This document shows, one piece after another, positions 50,399-58,786 of a DNA stretch of 64,000 nucleotides. Each line of letters starts with the position of its first letter. Positions within the stretch are counted from its first letter, which is position 1. Source of the DNA: an uncultured Bacteroidaceae bacterium (GTDB lineage Bacteria > Bacteroidota > Bacteroidia > Bacteroidales > Bacteroidaceae); assembly GCA_905233765.1 (NCBI GenBank), contig CAJOCU010000005.1:31811-95810 (forward strand), read 5' to 3'. Position numbers and translations under genes: made by a program. Below the pieces are notes generated by a model. That model was not told the DNA's origin. It worked only from the letters and a program-made list of their open reading frames with translations, and did not search any database.

Positions 50399-52177
50399 TT
50401 AAACCCTTGCGCTTGAGCTTGCTCGCTTCGCTTGCGAAGAACACTTTGAATCTTCTCCGGCCAATACGTGCATCTCACAGCGGCGGCAGTCGAAGCGTAG
50501 GGGGAAGGTGCGGCCGTCGGCCAGGCGCAGGCGCAGGGGCTCGCGGAAGGGGAGGCCCCGCCCGTCGCGCGTGCAGTAACCGAGGGCATGGCGGAGGCAG
50601 TAGCGGCAGGTCATGAGAGGAGACTCACCCCCGGCCCCTTCCGTTAGGGAGGGGGAGAGGCTGGCGCACAGCTCATGAGCGGTAGCGAAACCCTCCCCCT
50701 TATGGGGGAGCGGGGAGAGGATATTCTCTGACACCACCTCTCTCCTCCATTCTCCCAGCACAGAGGCAGGAATGAACCAGTTGTCGGAAAGTTGGATTTC
50801 AATGTCTGCTTCGGTGCAGGTATAGGGTGTGTCGCCGAGGCGCATGAGTTGGCGACGGATATTGTCGGCCTGTGGGGTGCGAGCTAGTTCGTGAGGGTAG
50901 GAGAATGAAGAATGAAGAGTGAAGAATGACGAATGCAGGGTGAGGCGGAAGCCGTCGTCAGTGTCTTCAAGGAGCCAGCGGACGGGGATGCGACGGTCGG
51001 CAGTGGGTCGAGCAAGCTGTCGCTCGAAATCAGCATCGAGATTGCGATAGAGAGGTCCCCCTTTAGGCAATTGCGCAAGGATGGAAGGGTCGGTGGGGAA
51101 GATGCGTCCCTGCTCATCCACGCGGTTCACGCGGAAGCCCTGCAGACGGCCTTCGGCATCGAAGAAGCAGAGGCCGTCGCCATTATGAATAGCGGCCCCA
51201 CCCTCGGTGAGCTTTTCTCCAATGGACTTCGGCGTGGCGAAGTTGGCCATATCGCGTGCGCGACCGTGCAAGAAGTAATCGGTGAAACCGCGGTTAAAGC
51301 TCTTCTGAAGGTCGGGAGTAAAGGTAATGGCTGAGGTGCCGTAGGAGGCGCGGGAATAGTCGTCGGGACGTCGCGCGATGATTTCATCAATACGCTGACG
51401 GTAGTAGGCCGTGGTGTTCTTGACGTAGGCGACATCCTTCAGGCGTCCCTCGATTTTGAAACTGCTGACGCCGGCATCCATCATGGCTTCGAGGTCGGCG
51501 GCGCGGTTCATGTCGCGGAGCGAGAGGAGATGGCGCTGCTTTTCCAAAACCTTCCCATCGGCATCGATGAGGTCGAAGGGGAGGCGGCAGAACTGGGCGC
51601 ATTCTCCGCGGTTGGCGCTGCGTCCGAAGCAGTACTCGCTGGCATAGCAGCGTCCGCTGTAGCTGACGCAGAGGGCACCATGTATGAAGGCTTCAAGGGG
51701 CATCTCGGGCACCGCCTCGTGGATGGCGCGGATATCATCCAGGGAGAGCTCGCGGGCCAGAACGGTCTGTTCGTAGCCAGCCTCGGCACGCGCACGAACA
51801 TCGTCAATCGTGCGGTTGTCCATCTGTGTGGAGCTGTGCAGGGGTAGAGGAGTTGAGAGCTGAGAGTTGAGAGTTGGGAGTTGAGGGTCTTGGACAATCA
51901 ATGCATCCACGCTTATGGCAGCAAGGTCGTTGATGAGGGCTTGGGCCGCTGGGAGCTCCTCATTGTAAAGTAGGGTGTTGACCGTCACATAGATTTTCAC
52001 TCCGTAAGGATGGGCATAATGCACGAGCTCGGCAATGTCCTCTACGCTGTTGCCTGCTGCGGCGCGGGCACCAAAGCGTGGAGCACCAATATAGACAGCA
52101 TCGGCGCCGTGACGAATGGCCTCGATGCCACACTCCAGGTTGCGGGCTGGAGCAAGAAGCTCAATGGATCTCTTCAA
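50399..52177 (-). CDS. peptidase U32 family protein (extended, 592 aa)
   Basis: Contains ELLAPARNLECGIEAIRHGADAVYIGAP, LHSSTQM and CYASEYCFGRSANRGECAQFCR. TTG start in the track. It carries two GC-rich units and two heptamer arrays. Confidence 0.85.
   Translation of the reverse strand: MKRSIELLAPARNLECGIEAIRHGADAVYIGAPRFGARAAAGNSVEDIAELVHYAHPYGVKIYVTVNTLLYNEELPAAQALINDLAAISVDALIVQDPQLPTLNSQLSTPLPLHSSTQMDNRTIDDVRARAEAGYEQTVLARELSLDDIRAIHEAVPEMPLEAFIHGALCVSYSGRCYASEYCFGRSANRGECAQFCRLPFDLIDADGKVLEKQRHLLSLRDMNRAADLEAMMDAGVSSFKIEGRLKDVAYVKNTTAYYRQRIDEIIARRPDDYSRASYGTSAITFTPDLQKSFNRGFTDYFLHGRARDMANFATPKSIGEKLTEGGAAIHNGDGLCFFDAEGRLQGFRVNRVDEQGRIFPTDPSILAQLPKGGPLYRNLDADFERQLARPTADRRIPVRWLLEDTDDGFRLTLHSSFFTLHSSFSYPHELARTPQADNIRRQLMRLGDTPYTCTEADIEIQLSDNWFIPASVLGEWRREVVSENILSPLPHKGEGFATAHELCASLSPSLTEGAGGESPLMTCRYCLRHALGYCTRDGRGLPFREPLRLRLADGRTFPLRFDCRRCEMHVLAGEDSKCSSQAKRASSSARV
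50622..50720. repeat. 99 bp composite of two GC-rich units in opposite orientation flanking a 26 bp core, in-frame in the U32 peptidase
   Basis: 50622 is gactcacccccggccccttccgttagggagggggagagg and 50687 is gaaaccctcccccttatgggggagcggggagagg. Together they encode ENILSPLPHKGEGFATAHELCASLSPSLTEGAGGES. Confidence 0.7.
50891..50946. repeat. tandem heptanucleotide array (8 units, RTGARGA) inside the U32 peptidase gene
   Basis: gtgaggg taggaga atgaaga atgaaga gtgaaga atgacga atgcagg gtgaggc. The coding strand gives TLHSSFFTLHSSFSYP, a 7-aa peptide repeat. Confidence 0.65.
51853..51887. repeat. tandem heptanucleotide array (5 units, YTGAGAG) inside the U32 peptidase gene
   Basis: ttgagag ctgagag ttgagag ttgggag ttgaggg. 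The coding strand gives PQLPTLNSQLST. Confidence 0.6.
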
Positions 52178-53078
52178 TATTGTAGGGCGTCTCTTGATAG
52201 ACGTAGTAGTTCAACCAGTTGGTGAAGAGGAGATTGGCATGGGCGCGCCAGCTGACGAGGGGCCCTTGGTCTGGGTCGTCGTTGCGATAGTAGTGGCGCG
52301 GCATGGCGATGGGCAGGCCTTTGCCGAGGTCGCGACGATACTCGGTGTCCAGCGTCAGGGGTGAGTATTCGGCGTGGCCCGTGATGAAGAATTCGCGACC
52401 ATCGCGCGCCATCACGATGCTGACGCCCGACTCCTCAGATTCGGCGATGATGGTGAGGCCTTCCACCTTCTCAATGTCCTCGCGGCGTAGCTCGGTGTGG
52501 CGGCTGTGTGGCATCTGGAAGACGTCGTCGAAGCCGCGGAAGATAGGTAGGTCTGGCTGCAGGGGTGTCTGTGGGAAGATGCCGAACATCTTAGCAGACA
52601 GCGGGTATTTGGGAACACCGTAGTGATAGTAGAGTCCCGCTTGCGCGGCCCAGCAGATGTAGAGCGTCGAAGTCACGTTGGTGCGAGCCCAGGTGAAGAT
52701 GTCGGAAAGCTCGTCCCAATAGGTTACATCCTCGTAGTCGAGGTGCTCCACGGGAGCTCCCGTGATGATCATCCCGTCGAACTTCTGGTGGCGCAGCAGC
52801 TCGAAGTCTTTGTAGAAGGCTCGCATGTGCTCCACGGGTGTGTTCTTGGAGGTGTGGCTCTTGATTTTCATCAGCGTGAGGTCGAGCTGTAAGGGCGTGT
52901 TGGAGAGCACCCGCACGAGGTCGGTCTCGGTGGTAATCTTGATGGGCATCAGATTGAGCACCACGATGCGCAGGGGGCGGATGTCCTGCGAGGTGGCACG
53001 CGAGGTGTCCATCACGAAGATATTCTCCTCTTTGAGGAGGTTGATGGCAGGTAGCCTATCGGGGAGGGTTAATGGCAT
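52161..53078 (-). CDS. metA: homoserine O-acyltransferase (MetA family)
   Basis: Contains MPLTLPDRLPAINLLKEENIFVM, LRIVVLNLMP, DGMIITGAP and WAAQAGLYYHYG. Confidence 0.9.
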   Translation of the reverse strand: MPLTLPDRLPAINLLKEENIFVMDTSRATSQDIRPLRIVVLNLMPIKITTETDLVRVLSNTPLQLDLTLMKIKSHTSKNTPVEHMRAFYKDFELLRHQKFDGMIITGAPVEHLDYEDVTYWDELSDIFTWARTNVTSTLYICWAAQAGLYYHYGVPKYPLSAKMFGIFPQTPLQPDLPIFRGFDDVFQMPHSRHTELRREDIEKVEGLTIIAESEESGVSIVMARDGREFFITGHAEYSPLTLDTEYRRDLGKGLPIAMPRHYYRNDDPDQGPLVSWRAHANLLFTNWLNYYVYQETPYNIEEIH

Positions 53079-53122
53079 ATTGAGGTTTAATGTTTAAACC
53101 TTAAACTTTAAACTATAATGAC

Positions 53123-55150
53123 TTACCAGATAGTCACGCGGTTGGCTTTGGGGACAAACATGGGGTCAGATTCGGTGATGCCGAAGGCTTCGTACCATGC
53201 ATCGATGTGGGGGAGGGCTCCGTTGACGCGCCAACGTCCGAGAGCATGTGGGTCGCTCTTGGTGCGGTTGCGGATTTCCTCGTCGCGGATATTACCGGCC
53301 CATACGCCGGCGTAGGCGATGAAGAAGCGTTGCTCAGGTGTAAAACCGTCCTCCTCCTTCAAGGGTGCGTCCTTGGTGGCGTTCTTGAAGGCTTGGAAAG
53401 AAACCTGCAGACCACCGTGGTCGGCCATGTTCTCGCCCAGTGTGAGCTGACCGTTGGCATAGAGCCCGGGCAGCACCTCGATCTTATTGAAGAAGTCGCG
53501 CATCACGTGGGTGCGCTCCTCGAATCGGCGTGTATCCTCTTCGGTCCACCATTGGCGCAGGTTGCCATCCTTGTCAAACTTGGCGCCTTGATCGTCGAAG
53601 CCGTGGGTCATCTCATGACCGATGACCACGCCGATGGCACCGTAGTTGAAGGCATCGTCGGCATTCATGTCGAAGAAGGGCGGCTGCAGGATGCCAGCGG
53701 GGAAGCAGATCTCATTGGTGGTGGGGTTGTAGTAGGCATTGACTGTCTGGGGAGTCATGTACCATACCGTGTTATCTACAGGCTTGTTCAGCTTGCGCTC
53801 CACCTCGTCGAAGTTGTTCCAGACGGCGGTGTTCTTGATGTTCTCCCAGTAGTTGCGTCCGATCTTCAGCTTGCTGTAGTCCTTCCATTTGTCGGGATAT
53901 CCGACCTTGATGATGAAGGCGTTGAGTTTGTCGTGGGCAACGGCTTTGGTACTGTCCGACATCCATTCCTGTGCATCGATGCGCTCGCCGAGTGCCACCT
54001 GCAGGTTCTTCACCAACTGCACCATCCGCTCCTTGGCTGCGGCGGGGAAGTACTTCTCCACATAGAGCTGGCCTACGGCTTCTCCGAGTGCGCGTTCTGT
54101 GGCGCTCACGGCACGTTTCCAGCGGGGGCGGTCCTCTTCACGCCCGCTCATGACCTTGCCGTAGAAACCGAAACTCTCCGCGCGCATAGCATCGTCGAGG
54201 TAACTGGCGGCGCCGTCGATGAGCTGCCAGCGGACATAGTCCTTGAGAGCGTCGAGGGATGTTTCGTTCCACACGGCCTCCACCTCCTTGATGAATTCGG
54301 GCTGTCCCACGCTCACCTCCTTGGCTTTTTTGGCACCGTGGATGCTGAGGTAGTGCTTGAGCTGAAGAGACGGGTACTGCTCGTAGAACTGGTTGATGAA
54401 CATCTTGTGGTAGTTGGCTTCGTCATCGCGCAGTTCCGTGCGGCTCTTTGAGGCTTTGGCCAAACGTGTCTCAATGGCGAGGACATCGTTCACACGCGCT
54501 GCGAGGTCGCTTTCGGATGCTACCTTGCAGCGCTTGAAGAGATTACCCATATAGACCTTGTAAGCCTCGCGAATAGCTGTCGTGGCCGAGTCAGTGTCGA
54601 GGTAGTAGTCCTTCTGTCCCATGTGCAGCCCGCTCTGCATGACTTGCAGGAGGTTGTTCTTACTGTCCTTAATGTCGGCATCGATGTAAAAACCGAACAT
54701 GCCGTCGATACCCTTGAGTTGCAGGGAAGAGTAGAGACGGAAAAGCTCGTCCTTGTCATAGCATTGGTCAATGCGCTGCAGATCTTCGCGAATGGGCTCG
54801 AGGCCTTGCTTGTTCAGGCTGATGCTGTCCATGGCGCTATTGTACATCGTGGCAATCTTGTCGGCCACAGAGCCTTCTTCATTCTGTTGGGCGGCTACGC
54901 CTTCGATGAGTTCGCGCAGTTGCTCGTTGTTGTTCTCTGCCAGTTGGTCGAAGCTGCCGAAGCGCGAGTATTCTGCCGTGAGCGGATGCGCGTCGGCCCA
55001 ACCGCCCGTGGCAAAGCGGTAGAAGTCGGTACCGGGGGCGGCGGTGGTGTCGAGGTTGGCAAGGTCAATGCCTGTCTGAAGAGTTTGCTGGCCTGTGCAA
55101 GCAGTCATGAGTGAGAGGGCGATAAGAGGAAATAGATTCTTGACTTTCAT
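53123..55150 (-). CDS. M13 family metallopeptidase (PepO / endothelin-converting-enzyme-like)
   Basis: It has a lipoprotein-like signal and the motifs NAYYNPTTNEICFPAGILQPPFF, VIGHEMTHGFDDQG and GENMADHGG. Confidence 0.9.
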   Translation of the reverse strand: MKVKNLFPLIALSLMTACTGQQTLQTGIDLANLDTTAAPGTDFYRFATGGWADAHPLTAEYSRFGSFDQLAENNNEQLRELIEGVAAQQNEEGSVADKIATMYNSAMDSISLNKQGLEPIREDLQRIDQCYDKDELFRLYSSLQLKGIDGMFGFYIDADIKDSKNNLLQVMQSGLHMGQKDYYLDTDSATTAIREAYKVYMGNLFKRCKVASESDLAARVNDVLAIETRLAKASKSRTELRDDEANYHKMFINQFYEQYPSLQLKHYLSIHGAKKAKEVSVGQPEFIKEVEAVWNETSLDALKDYVRWQLIDGAASYLDDAMRAESFGFYGKVMSGREEDRPRWKRAVSATERALGEAVGQLYVEKYFPAAAKERMVQLVKNLQVALGERIDAQEWMSDSTKAVAHDKLNAFIIKVGYPDKWKDYSKLKIGRNYWENIKNTAVWNNFDEVERKLNKPVDNTVWYMTPQTVNAYYNPTTNEICFPAGILQPPFFDMNADDAFNYGAIGVVIGHEMTHGFDDQGAKFDKDGNLRQWWTEEDTRRFEERTHVMRDFFNKIEVLPGLYANGQLTLGENMADHGGLQVSFQAFKNATKDAPLKEEDGFTPEQRFFIAYAGVWAGNIRDEEIRNRTKSDPHALGRWRVNGALPHIDAWYEAFGITESDPMFVPKANRVTIW

Positions 55151-55174
55151 ATTGTTTGTGATTGTAATTGGAAC

Positions 55175-57085
55175 TTATGTAGTAAAGGCTGCGAGCGCTT
55201 CGGAGGCGGTCATCCATTCTTCTTCAGCGGCTTCGAGCTGTTGCTTAAATCGGGTGTATCTTTCGTAGAGTTGCGTGTCAGTGGCGCCTTCGGGAGTGGC
55301 CAGCTGGTCTTCGAGTAGATGGATGGCGGCTTCCAGTTGTGCCACCTTCTCCTCTGCCTCCTGCACCGCTTTCTCCTGTTTCTTGCGCTGGCGGGCAGCT
55401 GCTTTTTGGGCTTCCCAAGAAGAGGCGGCGGCAGCTTCGGTCTTTCCTGTTTTTGAGCCCTCAAAAACAGGAAAGACCGAAGCCGCTGTCTTATTTAACC
55501 AATCGTATATTCCTCCGAGATGTTCTCTGACCCGTCCGTCGCCGAAAGCATAGACCTTGTCAACGAGGCCGTCGAGGAATTGGCGGTCGTGGCTGACGAC
55601 GATGACCGTGCCGTCGAAGGCCGCGATGGCCTCCTTGAGCACGTCCTTGGATTTCATGTCGAGATGGTTGGTGGGCTCGTCAAGGATGAGGAAATTGACG
55701 GGTTCCAGCAGCAGCTTGATCATAGCCAGACGCGAGCGCTCGCCGCCCGAGAGCACCTTCACCTTCTTGTCCGATGCTTCGCCGCCGAACATGAAGGCGC
55801 CGAGGATGTCGCGGATCTTCGTCCTGATGTCACCTCGTGCCACTCGGTCAATGGTGTCGAAGACGGTGAGCTCTGGGTCGAGCAGCTGTGCCTGGTTCTG
55901 GGCAAAGTAGCCGATCTGTGCGTTGTGTCCCACTTTCAGTGAACCCTCGAAGGGTATCTCGCCGAGGATACATTTCACGAGGGTGGATTTACCCTCGCCA
56001 TTGCGCCCGACAAATGCCACCTTCTCGCCACGTCGGATGGTGAGGTTGACATGGGCGATGACTTCCTTCTCGCCATAGGCCTTGCGCAGGTCTTCCACGA
56101 TGAGGGGGAAGTCGCCGCTGCGCTGGCAGGGCGGGAATTTCAGGTGGAGGGCGCTGTTGTCGATATCATCTACCTCGATGGGCACAATGCGATTCAGCTG
56201 TTTGATGCGTTCTTGTACCTGCACCGCCTTGGTGGGCTTGTAGCGGAAACGCTCGATGAATTCCTTGAGATCGGCAATCTCCTTCTGCTGGTTCTCGTAG
56301 GCCCGCAGCTGCTGTTCGCGGCGTTCGGCGCGCAGCAGGACATACTCGTCGTACTTCACCTTATAATCCCATACGCGCCCGCATGAGATTTCGAGTGTGC
56401 GGTTGGTGACGTTGTTGATGAAGGCCTGGTCGTGCGAGACCAGCACTACGGCACCAGCCCGTTGTTGCAGGTACTGCTCCAGCCACTGAATGCTCTCGAT
56501 GTCGAGGTGGTTCGTGGGCTCGTCGAGCAACAGCACGTCGGGTTGTCGCAGCAGCAACTTGGCCAGCTCAATACGCATTCGCCAGCCGCCGCTGAGCTCT
56601 CGTGTGGGACGGTTGAACTCTGAGCGCTCGAAGCCGAGCCCCATGAGTGTGCGCTCCACTTCGGCGTGGAAGTTGAGGCCGCCCATCATCTGGAAGTGTT
56701 CTTCGGCCCGCGTGTAGCGTTCTACGAGTTCCATGTAGGCTTCGCTTTCGTAGTCAGTGCGCTCGGCCATCTCAGCGCTCAGGCGTTCAATGGTAGCCTG
56801 AAGATCGTGGATATGGTCGAAGGCCAGCAACGCTTCCTCCATCACCGTGCGCTCGTTGGCGAGTTCCATCACCTGTGGCAGGTAGCCGATGGCGGTGTCG
56901 CGCGGCACGGCCACCACGCCCTCAGTGGGCACCTGTTGTCCAGCGATGATCTTCAGCAATGTGCTCTTGCCCGCACCGTTCTTGCCAGTGAGGGCGATGC
57001 GGTCGCGGTCGTTGACCACGAAACTCACGTCTGTGAACAGTGGACGGGCGCTGAATTCTACGGTAAGGTGCTCAACGGAGACCAT
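55175..57085 (-). CDS. ABC-F family ATPase (two ABC domains plus a C-terminal coiled-coil extension)
   Basis: Walker A motifs GKNGAGKST and GRNGEGKST, and signature motifs LSGGWRMR and LSGGERSR. Confidence 0.9.
   Translation of the reverse strand: MVSVEHLTVEFSARPLFTDVSFVVNDRDRIALTGKNGAGKSTLLKIIAGQQVPTEGVVAVPRDTAIGYLPQVMELANERTVMEEALLAFDHIHDLQATIERLSAEMAERTDYESEAYMELVERYTRAEEHFQMMGGLNFHAEVERTLMGLGFERSEFNRPTRELSGGWRMRIELAKLLLRQPDVLLLDEPTNHLDIESIQWLEQYLQQRAGAVVLVSHDQAFINNVTNRTLEISCGRVWDYKVKYDEYVLLRAERREQQLRAYENQQKEIADLKEFIERFRYKPTKAVQVQERIKQLNRIVPIEVDDIDNSALHLKFPPCQRSGDFPLIVEDLRKAYGEKEVIAHVNLTIRRGEKVAFVGRNGEGKSTLVKCILGEIPFEGSLKVGHNAQIGYFAQNQAQLLDPELTVFDTIDRVARGDIRTKIRDILGAFMFGGEASDKKVKVLSGGERSRLAMIKLLLEPVNFLILDEPTNHLDMKSKDVLKEAIAAFDGTVIVVSHDRQFLDGLVDKVYAFGDGRVREHLGGIYDWLNKTAASVFPVFEGSKTGKTEAAAASSWEAQKAAARQRKKQEKAVQEAEEKVAQLEAAIHLLEDQLATPEGATDTQLYERYTRFKQQLEAAEEEWMTASEALAAFTT
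55434..55483. repeat. perfect 24+24 bp palindrome (2 nt centre) inside the ABC-F coding sequence
   Basis: gcttcggtctttcctgtttttgag-cc-ctcaaaaacaggaaagaccgaagc. It encodes AASVFPVFEGSKTGKTEAA. Confidence 0.85.
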
Positions 57086-57158
57086 GTGGAAAATCCTTTA
57101 ATAGCTTATTGCGTCGAAAAAGTCCATTCTTGAAACCGTGTTGGTTCTTTTTAGAGGG

Positions 57159-57914
57159 TCAGATGAATGTCTGACGTGCTTTCTTGAGAAGGTCGGAGGC
57201 AAAGATGAAGTCGATGAGGGCTTGGTTGTTGGAATTGGCCACCTGGGTCTTGTCGCCTGTCCATTCCTGGTGACCTTCCTTAATAAAGATGATACTGTCG
57301 CCGATACCCATGACGGAGTTCATGTCGTGGGTGTTCATGATGGTGGTCATATTGAACTCCACAGTGATGTCGTGTATGAGGGCGTCAATGACGAGCGATG
57401 TCTTGGGGTCGAGGCCGCTGTTGGGCTCATCGCAGAACAAGTACTTGGGATTGAGGGCGATGGCACGTGCAATGGCTACGCGCTTCTGCATGCCGCCCGA
57501 GATCTCATCAGGAAACTTCTGCTGGGCATCGATGAGGTTGACGCGGTCAAGGCATTGTTGGGCGCGCTTGGTGCGGTCACGCAGGGTCATGGAGGAGAAC
57601 ATGTCGAGGGGGAACATGACGTTTTCCAGCACGCTCATCGAGTCGAACAGGGCTGCGGACTGGAAAATCATGCCAATCTCGCGGCGTAGGAGTGCCTTTT
57701 CGCGCTTATTCATGGTGACGAAGTCACGTCCGTCGTAGAGAATCTCGCCCTCATTGGGTTCCAGCAGGCCTACGATACACTTCATCAGCACGGTCTTGCC
57801 GGAACCGGACTGTCCGATGATGAGGTTGGTCTGCCCGGCGGGGAAGGTGTGGGTGATACCTTTGAGGACTTCCCTGTCCTCGAAGGACTTTCGGATGGAG
57901 CGTACTTCAATCAT
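57159..57914 (-). CDS. ABC transporter ATP-binding protein (MlaF-like)
   Basis: Contains GQSGSGKT, ISGGMQKRVAIARA and LFCDEPNSGLDP. The start overlaps the permease stop (ATGA). Confidence 0.85.
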   Translation of the reverse strand: MIEVRSIRKSFEDREVLKGITHTFPAGQTNLIIGQSGSGKTVLMKCIVGLLEPNEGEILYDGRDFVTMNKREKALLRREIGMIFQSAALFDSMSVLENVMFPLDMFSSMTLRDRTKRAQQCLDRVNLIDAQQKFPDEISGGMQKRVAIARAIALNPKYLFCDEPNSGLDPKTSLVIDALIHDITVEFNMTTIMNTHDMNSVMGIGDSIIFIKEGHQEWTGDKTQVANSNNQALIDFIFASDLLKKARQTFI

Positions 57915-58657
57915 GAGAGAATATTTGTCAAGAAGATATCAGCAAAAAGAATCAGCATGGAGCAGTGCACGACGCTATCGGTGCTGGCCTTACCCACTTC
58001 TACGCTGCCGCCTTCGACGGTGTAGCCGTAGAAGGCTGAGACAGAGGCGATAATGAAGGCGAAGAAGAAGGACTTGATGTAGCCCATCCATACAAACCAT
58101 TGATTAAAGGAGTGTTGCAGGCCATAGGTGAGGTCTTCCGTCGTCAAGATACCAGAAAGACAGATGGCATAGGCACCGCCGAAGCCGGCGACCATTGAGA
58201 AGGTGACCAACAGCGGAATCATTGTCACCAAGCCCAAGATCTTGGGCAGGATAAGGAACGATGCGGAATTGACGCCCATGATTTCCAATGCGTCGATTTG
58301 TTGCGTCACGCGCATTGTGCCAATCTCCGATGCGATGTTGGAACCTACTTTACCCGCGAGGATGAGGCACATGATAGAACTGGAGAACTCAAGAAGCAGA
58401 ATCTCGCGGGTGGTATAACCCGTGGAAAAACGTGGCATCCAAGGACTCTGGATGTTCATCTTCATCTGGATACAAATCACGGCACCAATGAAGAAGGATA
58501 TCATCAGTACGATGCCGATACTGTCGATGCCGAGCTGTTGCATCTCTTTGATGTATTGTTTCCAGTACATGCGGAAGCGCTCGGGACGACTAAAGACCTT
58601 TCCCATGAGGAGCAGGTAGTGGCCAAAAGTGGCAATAGGAGTTGTGATAAAATGCAT
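57911..58657 (-). CDS. MlaE-family ABC transporter permease
   Basis: A polytopic protein containing [21 protein letters not shown]. The start is set at the first ATG (MHFITTP), whereas the track start is a TTG at 58690. Confidence 0.8.
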   Translation of the reverse strand: MHFITTPIATFGHYLLLMGKVFSRPERFRMYWKQYIKEMQQLGIDSIGIVLMISFFIGAVICIQMKMNIQSPWMPRFSTGYTTREILLLEFSSSIMCLILAGKVGSNIASEIGTMRVTQQIDALEIMGVNSASFLILPKILGLVTMIPLLVTFSMVAGFGGAYAICLSGILTTEDLTYGLQHSFNQWFVWMGYIKSFFFAFIIASVSAFYGYTVEGGSVEVGKASTDSVVHCSMLILFADIFLTNILS

Positions 58658-58760
58658 AGATTCTTGTATTTCGGGGGCAAAAGTAGTCAAAAAAGGCTAA
58701 AAGAGCGCCATCGGAGGACAGTTTTTTTGCATGAAATAGTAGATTGTGGTAATAATTATG

Positions 58761-58768
58761 TACTTTTG
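58761..58768 (+). promoter_or_regulatory. Bacteroidetes -7 promoter box (TACTTTTG) for lptB
   Basis: Matches TAnnTTTG, 19 nt upstream of the ATG at 58787. Confidence 0.45.
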
Positions 58769-58786
58769 CGCACTCATTTTGTGCCT

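Noticed and set aside
58298-58786. N-terminal extensions offered by the ORF track (58298 for lptB, 49564 for the preA-like gene, 50589 for the membrane protein, 45669 for the secreted protein, 776 for the 902 gene, 25286 for nrdD, 38957 for the nucleotidyltransferase, 19312 for tex)
   Set aside because: The extensions overlap neighbouring genes or promoter boxes and translate to Arg/Pro/Cys-rich nonsense. Internal ATGs give canonical N-termini or signal peptides.
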